Positions 1 through 7,395 of a stretch of DNA of 25,215 nucleotides are shown one piece after another. The first letter of the stretch is position 1, and each line of letters starts with the position of its first letter. Origin of the DNA: Planctomycetota bacterium (GTDB taxonomy: Bacteria > Planctomycetota > SZUA-567 > H5-PLA8); the NCBI GenBank assembly GCA_045863855.1, contig BTVV01000090.1:1-25215 (forward strand), read 5' to 3'. The position numbers and the translations under genes are program-made. A model generated the notes under the pieces. It was given only the letters and a program-made list of their open reading frames with translations, had not been told where the DNA came from and made no database searches.

Positions 1-107
1 CTTACGGATGTGGAGCGTGAGACACGGAAGTCGGCGGGTTGCAGGGCCACCACCGAAAGAAACAGCACCATCGCAATCGCCAATCCAATTAGAGCTTTCT
101 TGAGCAT
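1..107 (-). CDS. SRPBCC (START-like/polyketide cyclase) family protein, N-terminal fragment; runs off the left edge
   Basis: Not in the ORF track. Read manually: ATG at 107-105 after a GGGAG RBS gives MLKKALIGLAIAMVLFLSVVALQPADFRVSRSTSV. This is a TM helix followed by the 'QPxxFRVxRS' start typical of membrane-anchored SRPBCC proteins, and it lies downstream of an ArsR gene. Confidence 0.75.
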   Translation of the reverse strand, partial: MLKKALIGLAIAMVLFLSVVALQPADFRVSRSTSV

Positions 108-245
108 GAATACGCTCCCGCAATACGTTTCCAATTCGGAAATAGCCAAGCTAGCGGAACGACAAGTACCCGGCAAGACGAACCAAAGCCTGCCGAGCAC
201 CCCAGAGTGAGTTCTCCAAAGTACTCAACTGCCAACGCCACCACG

Positions 246-599
246 CTACTTCTTCCTGCTTCGCCTTTTCCGTTTGGCTTGAAGCTCTCGCAAGTAATCG
301 TCCAGCCGGTCGAGACTTGCTTCCCAGAACTGGCGATAATGCCCCACCCAATCGGAGACTTCCTTAAGCCGCTGGACATCCAGGCTACAGGGCCGGAACT
401 GCGCTTGGCGGCCGCGCTTGATCAGCCCGGCCCGCTCCAGCACCTTCAGATGCTTCGAGACACCCGGCAGCGACATATTGAAAGGCTCGGCCAATTCCAG
501 CACCGACGCCTCACCGGCCGCCAAGCGTTCGAGAATCGCCCGCCGTGTAGGATCGGCCAAAGCGGCAAAAGTCGCATTTAAGTGATTGCCAGACTTCAC
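246..599 (-). CDS. ArsR/SmtB family winged-helix transcriptional regulator (SRPBCC-associated subtype)
   Basis: FAALADPTRRAIL...ELAEPFNMSLPGVSKHLKVLERAGLI..GR.AQFRPCSL...W...YRQFWEASLDRLDDYL; GTG start with GAAAGGT RBS. Confidence 0.93.
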   Translation of the reverse strand: MKSGNHLNATFAALADPTRRAILERLAAGEASVLELAEPFNMSLPGVSKHLKVLERAGLIKRGRQAQFRPCSLDVQRLKEVSDWVGHYRQFWEASLDRLDDYLRELQAKRKRRSRKK

Positions 600-600
600 T

Positions 601-638
601 TATTTTACCTTTCGGTTAATTTACTAATTGGTAAAATA
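601..638. promoter_or_regulatory. Probable ArsR operator (two tandem imperfect palindromes)
   Basis: TTTTACC-TTTC-GGTTAAT (603-620) and ATTTACT-AATT-GGTAAAA (619-636). The outer arms TATTTTACC (601-609) and GGTAAAATA (630-638) are a perfect inverted repeat. The site overlaps the -10 box and RBS of arsR. Confidence 0.7.
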
Positions 639-661
639 CAGTAGCCAGTGAACACTGTCAA
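633..661 (-). promoter_or_regulatory. Sigma70-type promoter for arsR
   Basis: Minus strand TTGACA (661-656), 17 nt spacer, TATTTT (638-633). Confidence 0.7.
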
Positions 662-750
662 TGCAAAGCCGCATTTAAATTCTCTTTTGGGAAACGGTCA
701 CTGAACAACAGCGCCAGATCGAATGTCCCGTTTAAGTCGCCAGGTCTTGC

Positions 751-779
751 TTGCCGTAGCCAAGAGGAAAGCGTACCTT
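751..779 (+). promoter_or_regulatory. Candidate sigma70 promoter for tRNA-Thr
   Basis: TTGCCG (751-756), 17 nt spacer, TACCTT (774-779), about 25 nt upstream of the tRNA. Confidence 0.45.
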
Positions 780-804
780 ACTGTTGTGGGCTCGGATCGA
801 ACGA

Positions 805-880
805 GCCACCCTAGCTCAGTTGGTAGAGCAGCGGTTTTGTAAACCGCAGGTCGTGGGTTCGAGTCCCACGGGTGGCTCCA
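805..880 (+). tRNA. tRNA-Thr (anticodon TGT)
   Basis: 76-nt cloverleaf: acceptor GCCACCC/GGGTGGC, D-arm AGCTCAGTTGGTAGAGC, anticodon arm GCGGT-TTTGTAA-ACCGC, T-arm GTGGG-TTCGAGT-CCCAC, encoded CCA. Confidence 0.98.
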
Positions 881-893
881 TAACCCTTCTCGC

Positions 894-2216
894 TTAAACC
901 TTCACCACCTTGGCGGCGCGCAGCGCTTCGTCAAGCGCGCTGCAGGCGTTGCGAGTATCGAAGACCAGCGGCGCCTCCCGCACCACCTGAGCGTAGTCCA
1001 CACCGTCGTGATCGGTGGCGATCAGCACGGCATCTTGCTGACGCAGCAGTTCGTCCGAAACCGTCTCCGCCCGACGGCCGGCAAAGTGAGCGTGCTCCCG
1101 TGACTTCGGCACCACGGGAATATGAGGGTCGGCATAGCGCACCTGGGCCCCGCGCGTTTCGAGTTCTTCCCACAACACCAGCGCCGGAGATTCACGCATG
1201 TCGTCGACGTTCTTCTTGTAAGCCAAACCCAGCAGGAGAATCCGGGCATCTTTCAGGGGCTTACCGCGCAGGGACAATTCTTCCTGCACGCGCTGAACGA
1301 CATGCTTGGGCATAGCGGTGTTGATTTCGCCGGCCAGTTCGATGAATCGCGTATGCAAGCCGTATTCGCGCGCCTTCCAGGTCAGGTAAAACGGATCGAT
1401 GGGGATGCAGTGGCCACCCAAGCCCGGTCCGGGGTAAAAAGGCATGTAGCCAAACGGTTTGGTTTTGGCCGCGCCGATGACTTCCCAGATATCCACACCC
1501 ATTTTCTCGAAGACGAGCTTCAATTCGTTGACGAGCGCAATATTGACGGCGCGGAAAATATTCTCCATCAACTTGGTCGCTTCGGCGGCGCGCGTCGAAC
1601 TGACGGGAATGATGCTGAGCCCCCCCACCGAGTACAGCTTCAGCGCCGCCTCCAGACACGCCGGCGTCAACCCGCCGGCTACTTTGGGAATATCGGCAGT
1701 GCGATACTTCGGATTGCCGGGGTCCTCGCGTTCGGGCGAATACGCCAAGTGGAAGTCCAGGCCTGCACGCAATCCCGAGAGGCTTTCGAGCACCGGCTTC
1801 AGGTCTTCGTCGGTCGTACCGGGATAGGTGGTCGATTCGAGCACCACCAGTTGTCCCGGCTTCAGGTGGGGGCCGATCTGTTTACCTGCCGAAAGAATGT
1901 ACCCGATATCCGGTGTGCGATGCTTGGTCAGCGGAGTCGGCACGCAGATCAGGAGCGCGTCGCATTCGGCCACGCGGGCGTAATCGCAAGTGGCGTCGAA
2001 CCGGTTCGTCGCCAGCGCCTGCTTCAACGTATCGGACGGAATGTGCTTGATGTACGAGCGCGCCGCTTTCAGGGCCGCCACCGTCTCGGGGTCGATATCG
2101 AAACCCAGTGCGCGAACACCGGCACGGTTGAACTGCAGAAGCAGCGGCAGGCCCACGTAGCCCAGACCGATGACACCCACACACGGCTCGGATTTGCCTT
2201 CGCCGGACCAGGCCAT
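894..2216 (-). CDS. wbpA: Nucleotide-sugar dehydrogenase (UDP-GlcNAc 6-dehydrogenase, WbpA/WecC-like)
   Basis: GLGYVG Rossmann motif, CVPTP, LESTTYPGTT, YSPERED, catalytic GGHCIPIDP, GLAYKKNVDDMRESP; AAGGAG RBS. Confidence 0.9.
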   Translation of the reverse strand: MAWSGEGKSEPCVGVIGLGYVGLPLLLQFNRAGVRALGFDIDPETVAALKAARSYIKHIPSDTLKQALATNRFDATCDYARVAECDALLICVPTPLTKHRTPDIGYILSAGKQIGPHLKPGQLVVLESTTYPGTTDEDLKPVLESLSGLRAGLDFHLAYSPEREDPGNPKYRTADIPKVAGGLTPACLEAALKLYSVGGLSIIPVSSTRAAEATKLMENIFRAVNIALVNELKLVFEKMGVDIWEVIGAAKTKPFGYMPFYPGPGLGGHCIPIDPFYLTWKAREYGLHTRFIELAGEINTAMPKHVVQRVQEELSLRGKPLKDARILLLGLAYKKNVDDMRESPALVLWEELETRGAQVRYADPHIPVVPKSREHAHFAGRRAETVSDELLRQQDAVLIATDHDGVDYAQVVREAPLVFDTRNACSALDEALRAAKVVKV

Positions 2217-2235
2217 GGATACTCCTTAAAATCCG

Positions 2236-3414
2236 TTACGCTTTGTTTAAGGCGCTTAAGATGCCGTCCACAACCCGGTCCTGCTGCGCTTCGGTCAATT
2301 CAGGGTACATGGGAAGCGCAAGCACTTCCCGCGCGGCACGTTCTGCTTCCGGAAACTCGCCTTCACTATACCCCAGGTACTTAAAACACGGCTGCAGGTG
2401 CAGGGGCAGCGGGTAGTACACCATCGTATCGACGCCCTGCGCTTTCAGATGGACTTGAAGCGCATCGCGCGTTTTCGCGGGCACGCGCACCACGTACTGA
2501 TGGTAAATGTGTCTGGCTCCAATCGGCGCCGGATGAGGCGTGCGCAGCGGCAAGCCGCCGGTATCCAACGGCGTCGCGGAAGTAGCCGCGCCGGCAGCAT
2601 GAAAGCGCGCATCGTAATACGCCGCCCGCCTGCGGCGTTCTACAGTCCAGTCATCCAGGTATTTCAACTTCACGCGCAGCACCGCGGCTTGCAGGGCATC
2701 CAATCGTGAATTCAGCCCCACCACATGATGGAAATACGCTGGCTTACTGCCGTGCGAACGGAGCACACGCAGGCGTTCGGCTACCTCCGGATCGCGCGTG
2801 ACCAGCATGCCGCCATCGCCGCAGCCGCCCAGATTCTTGGTGGGATAAAAGCTGAAGCAGCCGACCGTGCCGACGGTGCCGGCTTTACGCCCTTCCGCGT
2901 CCCAACTGCCAATGGCTTGCGCCGCATCTTCCACGAGGCTCACGCCGGCTTCCCGTGCAAGCGTTTCCACTTCACCCAGAGGCGCGGTTTGGCCGTATAG
3001 GTGCACCGGCAGCAGCGCCTTCGCGCGCGTACAGCGAGCCAAGGCCCGCCGCGCCGAAACAATATCCAGGTTGAACGTGACCGGATCGATGTCCGCGAAG
3101 ACCGGTATGCCGCCGGCTCGCACCACATACCCGGCCGTCGCGAAAAACGTAAATGCCGGACATACCACTTCGTCGCCGGGCTGGATGTTCAGCCCTAAAA
3201 GCGCCAGCAGAATCGCGTCCGAACCTGAGGCGCAGCCGACGGCATGCGAAGCGCCCAAGTACGCAGCGATCTCGCGTTCCAACGCTTCGACTTCCGGTCC
3301 CAGCACGAACTGCTGACTCTCAAATACCCGAGCCACCGCGGCTTCCGTTTCGGTACGAATCCGAGTGTATTGAGCTTTGAGATCCAGCGGAGGAACGCGA
3401 ACGGAACCGTTCAT
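2236..3414 (-). CDS. DegT/DnrJ/EryC1/StrS PLP-dependent nucleotide-sugar aminotransferase (WbpE-like)
   Basis: DLKAQY, FTFFATA, PVHLYGQ, EDAAQAIG, FSFYPTKNLG (PLP lysine), NSRLDALQAA, LALPMYPEL. Start reassigned to the ATG at 3414 (MNGSVRV), which follows AGGAAAGG. Confidence 0.93.
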   Translation of the reverse strand: MNGSVRVPPLDLKAQYTRIRTETEAAVARVFESQQFVLGPEVEALEREIAAYLGASHAVGCASGSDAILLALLGLNIQPGDEVVCPAFTFFATAGYVVRAGGIPVFADIDPVTFNLDIVSARRALARCTRAKALLPVHLYGQTAPLGEVETLAREAGVSLVEDAAQAIGSWDAEGRKAGTVGTVGCFSFYPTKNLGGCGDGGMLVTRDPEVAERLRVLRSHGSKPAYFHHVVGLNSRLDALQAAVLRVKLKYLDDWTVERRRRAAYYDARFHAAGAATSATPLDTGGLPLRTPHPAPIGARHIYHQYVVRVPAKTRDALQVHLKAQGVDTMVYYPLPLHLQPCFKYLGYSEGEFPEAERAAREVLALPMYPELTEAQQDRVVDGILSALNKA

Positions 3415-3455
3415 GGCGACCTTTCCTGGCATCCGGGAAATGGCTCGAGAACGGC

Positions 3456-3483
3456 ATGGTACCCCACAGGAGCAGGGTCGCAA
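3456..3483 (-). promoter_or_regulatory. Candidate sigma70 promoter for the degT-wbpA pair
   Basis: Minus strand TTGCGA (3483-3478), 16 nt spacer, TACCAT (3461-3456). It overlaps the inverted repeat AGGAGCA...TGCTCCT (3468-3500). Confidence 0.4.
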
Positions 3484-3533
3484 CGACAGGGCATGCTCCT
3501 CGCGATGTGCGCCGCACCCATTTTAATAGGCCG

Positions 3534-5357
3534 CTAGGGCGCGTGGGGCGGTTCGATACCCGATACGGTGCTTAGGTCATCGTCGGGCGTGCGGATGCGA
3601 AGCGAGGCTTGCCAGCGCCCTTCCTGCTGATTGACGCGCATGCGCAGGCGATGTTCGCCGGCTTCCAAGGCAAGCTTGAACGTATAGGCCGCGCGCGTTA
3701 CCGGTCGGGTGTGGTCGTGGCGGTAAATCTCGCGGCCGTCGAGCCACAACAGCATCTGGTCGTCGGCTTGAACCTTGAACAGGTATTCGCCGGTCTGCGC
3801 CACCTGAAGACGAGTTCGCGCATAAATCGTCTTTTGCGTAGGTGGATGCTTCGCATTGCCCGTGGTGTGCATTCCAAAATCCAACACGCCAAAGTGATCG
3901 AAACTCGCCGGCGCGAAAGGCTCCCAGCGGCGTTCGTCGCCGGGCTTGGGCAACCCATCCATATCCAGCGGACCCGGCGAATCGTTGCCCAAGTATCCGC
4001 CGGGACCGAAGACCTCCCAAGCCCACGGATGCATCAGCGGCACCGCCGCGCGCACAGGTTCTCGACCCTCTTGCGTGATCGTCGCTTCGAGCGCGTATTC
4101 GCGCCGAGGCCGCGCCGCCCAGTCGACTTGAGCCAGGGAAATGGGAAGGAATGCAAGCTTGCCCACCGCCTTCCAGTCCAGCGGGCCTTGGGCGAGAATC
4201 TGTGCCTTCCCGCTCGGCTCGGCGTCGCGGAGCGTCACGACAAGCTGAGCTTTGCCCTCGGAGGCGCGTAATCGTCGCAGCACCAACCGGCATTCCGGCG
4301 GCGCGGCGGCGGTCACCACCATGCTCTGAAGATCGAACGAAACATGCACCACCGGACCTGCTTGCTTGCTCCAAGCCGTCCCATCGCCGGGCGCGAAATT
4401 GGAGCGGAAGCGCTCGTCTTCCAGCTTGAGCGGTACAGGGCTGAGCACAAACTGATCGAGCCGTATACCGTCCTCGTGAATGAAAATATGAATGAAATGG
4501 TCGCCGGCCGCCAAGTCGCGCGCTTCGTCCCTAATGCCGCTCCACAACCAACGAAAGGGCGCGCGATTATCGAGGCCGCCGCTATCAGGTCCTCCGGAAT
4601 CGATCTCGCAACAAAGGTGATTGCTGCAAGTGGTGTCGGTAGTCCACATGCGCGCGTAGAGGTAGAAGCGTCCAGCTTGCGGCAAGTGGAAGTGATAGCG
4701 CAGATAAGTGTAATCGGTGGTTGCATGCAGCGCATAGAAATCGCCGACATTATGGCGTGTCTGTCCCGGTCCGTTGGCGATGCCTTCCTTGCAGTGCAAA
4801 TACGCGCCGCCCGCACACGCCGGATCGGGGTGCGCTTCCCATCCGTAATTGGTATCGGTGAAATGTTCGGCCTCGAAAACGTACGCGCCCTCTGCCGGCG
4901 CCGGAAGGTCGGGCACGGTTAGGTCAGCGAAGCGCAATCCGGTTGCGGAAGCGGGTACTACGGGAGCGGATACCTCGGGATGTCTGACCGCCTCTTGCCG
5001 AGGCGGCAACGCATACCGCAGCGGCTCGCGCACGACGCTGAAGAGTCCACGCACCACCGCTCCACGGGCTTGTTCGAGCAAACGGTGTTCGGGCTCGTAA
5101 CGATAGAAGGCTTGGCCATCCCGCTCGAGCTGATCGGCGCGAAGATAGCTGGGAACCAGTTCGTCAAGACGGTCCGGAAGTTCGCCGTGCTCAAGCTCCC
5201 AGCGCAGCACCTCGTCTCCGACCATGCGCAAGCGAGCTTCGTCTTCCGCAGCGGCGATCCGATCGGGCCGCCCCAGGACATGGTGCAGCCCCGCCAACCC
5301 GAAGGCCAGCAGAACGGCCGATACGCTTACGATCCAGGTTCGGCGTGCATGAGGCAT
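3534..5357 (-). CDS. Membrane-anchored hypothetical protein: pilin-like N-terminal segment, CBM-like beta-sandwich, C-terminal PA14-like domain
   Basis: N-terminal TM helix; GELPDRLDELVPSYL; YVFEAEHF...CAGGAYL; C-terminal YLFKVQADDQMLLWLDGREI...LEAGEHRL. Start could be the ATG at 5357 or the TTG at 5375. Confidence 0.65.
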   Translation of the reverse strand: MPHARRTWIVSVSAVLLAFGLAGLHHVLGRPDRIAAAEDEARLRMVGDEVLRWELEHGELPDRLDELVPSYLRADQLERDGQAFYRYEPEHRLLEQARGAVVRGLFSVVREPLRYALPPRQEAVRHPEVSAPVVPASATGLRFADLTVPDLPAPAEGAYVFEAEHFTDTNYGWEAHPDPACAGGAYLHCKEGIANGPGQTRHNVGDFYALHATTDYTYLRYHFHLPQAGRFYLYARMWTTDTTCSNHLCCEIDSGGPDSGGLDNRAPFRWLWSGIRDEARDLAAGDHFIHIFIHEDGIRLDQFVLSPVPLKLEDERFRSNFAPGDGTAWSKQAGPVVHVSFDLQSMVVTAAAPPECRLVLRRLRASEGKAQLVVTLRDAEPSGKAQILAQGPLDWKAVGKLAFLPISLAQVDWAARPRREYALEATITQEGREPVRAAVPLMHPWAWEVFGPGGYLGNDSPGPLDMDGLPKPGDERRWEPFAPASFDHFGVLDFGMHTTGNAKHPPTQKTIYARTRLQVAQTGEYLFKVQADDQMLLWLDGREIYRHDHTRPVTRAAYTFKLALEAGEHRLRMRVNQQEGRWQASLRIRTPDDDLSTVSGIEPPHAP

Positions 5358-5417
5358 GCTTTGAACATACCCCAAGACCGTGATCCTGTTGAGCCTTTCG
5401 CGCCCGTCATAAGCGGA

Positions 5418-6203
5418 TCAGTTGTTGCCCATGAAGAGGCCGCCCAACACGCTGCCTTCATCGCGCCGCTGACCGCCCATATGCCGGGACGCGGCGACGA
5501 TGCGGTCCGCCAAACGCGCAAAGGGAAGCGTCTGTAGATAGACTTTTCCCGGGCCTGTCAGCAACGCGAAGAACAAGCCTTCGCCGCCGAAAAGTGCATT
5601 CTTGAAGCCGCCGACGAATTGGATGTCGTAATTCAAGCTGGGCTGAAACGCGACCAAACAGCCCGTATCCACCCGCAGGGTCTGGCCCGGCTGCAGGACC
5701 ATTTCGAAAACAGTACCGCCCGCATGCACAAACGCCAATCCGTCGCCTTGAATGCGCTGCAGGATAAAGCCTTCTCCGCCAAACAGCCCCGCCCCGATCT
5801 TCTTTTGAAAGGCGATGGAGATTTGCGTGCCTTGGGCCGCACAGAGAAACGCATCCTTCTGGCAAATCATCTCCTGGCCCAGTTGATCCATATGCAGAGG
5901 AATGATCTTTCCCGGATACGGCGCCGCAAACGCCACGTCGGCTCGCACGCCAGCCGAGTTGCTAAAGGTCGTAATGAAAAAACTTTCGCCCATCACCATG
6001 CGACCAGCGGCCTTGAAAAAGTTTCCGAAGAAGCCCTTATCTTTGTCGGTGGACATGCTCGTTTGCATGTCGATCCCCTCGCCCATGTAAAGCATCCCGC
6101 CGGCTTCTGCGATGACCTGCTCCGCCGGATCCAGAGTGACCACTACCGCTTGCATGTCGTCGCCCAGAATCCGGTAATCGATCTCGTGGCATTGCTTGGC
6201 CAT
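5418..6203 (-). CDS. TIGR00266 / AIM24 family protein
   Basis: HEIDYRILGDDMQ, AEAGGM, GESFFIT.F, FAAPYPGKI, CQKDAFLCAA, GGEGFILQ, VDTGCLVAF, GGEGLFFA.LTGPG.V.LQTLPF.RLA. Confidence 0.92.
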   Translation of the reverse strand: MAKQCHEIDYRILGDDMQAVVVTLDPAEQVIAEAGGMLYMGEGIDMQTSMSTDKDKGFFGNFFKAAGRMVMGESFFITTFSNSAGVRADVAFAAPYPGKIIPLHMDQLGQEMICQKDAFLCAAQGTQISIAFQKKIGAGLFGGEGFILQRIQGDGLAFVHAGGTVFEMVLQPGQTLRVDTGCLVAFQPSLNYDIQFVGGFKNALFGGEGLFFALLTGPGKVYLQTLPFARLADRIVAASRHMGGQRRDEGSVLGGLFMGNN

Positions 6204-6331
6204 GACGTAGCTCCTATTGCCTGCGGCTCGTAGGCTGGACCGTAACCAATCCGCCCGCTTCGATCAACCCAAAGCCTTAGCTGGACTTAATTGTTCGCAA
6301 CGCAGGTTTCCTTTCGCCCCCATACCAATCT

Positions 6332-6366
6332 AGACCTATTTTACCGATGGTCAGTAAAATACGTCT
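6332..6366. promoter_or_regulatory. Palindromic element in a divergent promoter region
   Basis: AGAC-C-TATTTTAC-CGATGGTCA-GTAAAATA-C-GTCT. It provides a TAAAAT -10-like hexamer on each strand. Confidence 0.55.
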
Positions 6367-6426
6367 TGCCTTTGGCCAGAGATCCGGCAGACTATCGCCA
6401 AGACGGTTCACGTTCGGGAGATCTCC

Positions 6427-7389
6427 ATGGGCAATAAGCTGCGTGTAGCCATGATTGGGGCGGGCAACCACTCCACTTCGGTTCACTACCCTTCCCTGCA
6501 TCGCCTAGACGACGTAGAGCTTTGCGCGGTCAGTGAATTATCCGAAGAACGCATGTGCAAGGTGCGCGACCAATACCGGATCCCCAGCGGCTATACCGAC
6601 TACGTTCAAATGATCGAAAAAGAGGCGCCGGACGCGGTCTACTTAGTTATGCCGCCTCAGGCGCTCTTTCCGCACGCGCTCAAATGCTTGGAGCTAGGCG
6701 CCAACCTGTTTGTCGAAAAACCGCCGGGCCTGAACGTGGAGCAAGCGAGGCATCTTGCGCGCAAGGCGGAAGCCCGAAATTGCATCACGATGTGCGGGTT
6801 CCAGCGCCGCTACGCCCCGCTGGTGGCTCCGGCGCTGGAAGAAGCCCGGCGGCGAGGTGGCGTCGATATGATCGTTTCGAGCTTCTATAAGTTCTACGAC
6901 GACCCAAGCGGGTACTTCGGCGGCGAGGTGGACATCCTGACCAGCGATTGCATTCATGCGGTCGACTTGCTGCGCTACGCAGGCGGCGAGATTCAAACCA
7001 TGGCCAGCGATGTGCGCGAGCGGCATAAGCCGTACCCGAATTTTTTCACCACCTTGATCCGGTTCAAGACCGGCGCGACAGGGATTCTTCAGGGAAACTG
7101 GCAGGCCGGTATGCGCGTCTTTTCCTGCGAAATTCACGCGCGCGGCATGACCGATTACATCAACGTGGAAGTGGAGTCGCGGCGCTACACCGACGGTAAT
7201 CCCGAAGTTCGGATCACCACGGCTACCGAGGCCGCCGGGAGCGAAGCGATCTTCATGCGCGGCGGCTTCTTCGCACAGAACAAGCTCTTCATGGACAGCA
7301 TTCGCGCCAAGCGCCAGCCACCGAACAACCTCACGGATGCCGTACAGACCATGGAATTGGTGGAGCGGATTTATCGCGAGACGCTGTAA
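6427..7389 (+). CDS. Gfo/Idh/MocA family NAD(P)-dependent oxidoreductase
   Basis: LRVAMIGAG, FVEKPP, GFQRRY, SDCIHAVDLL; GGGAGA RBS. Confidence 0.9.
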   Translation: MGNKLRVAMIGAGNHSTSVHYPSLHRLDDVELCAVSELSEERMCKVRDQYRIPSGYTDYVQMIEKEAPDAVYLVMPPQALFPHALKCLELGANLFVEKPPGLNVEQARHLARKAEARNCITMCGFQRRYAPLVAPALEEARRRGGVDMIVSSFYKFYDDPSGYFGGEVDILTSDCIHAVDLLRYAGGEIQTMASDVRERHKPYPNFFTTLIRFKTGATGILQGNWQAGMRVFSCEIHARGMTDYINVEVESRRYTDGNPEVRITTATEAAGSEAIFMRGGFFAQNKLFMDSIRAKRQPPNNLTDAVQTMELVERIYRETL

Positions 7390-7395
7390 CGCGTG

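Noticed and set aside
89..379. 96-aa minus-strand ORF bridging arsR and SRPBCC
   Set aside because: It overlaps both genes out of frame and has no recognisable protein features.
805..880. tRNA-Thr as an integration site for a genomic island
   Set aside because: No integrase is present, and I found no convincing duplicate of the tRNA 3' end. The 9-bp GGTGGCTCC near 6822 lies inside a CDS and is expected by chance.
1122..2384. 420-aa plus-strand ORF, and similar long antisense ORFs (7933-8988, 11137-12039, 14320-15138, 22565-23701)
   Set aside because: These are shadows of well-supported genes on the opposite strand, common in high-GC DNA, and have no recognisable motifs.
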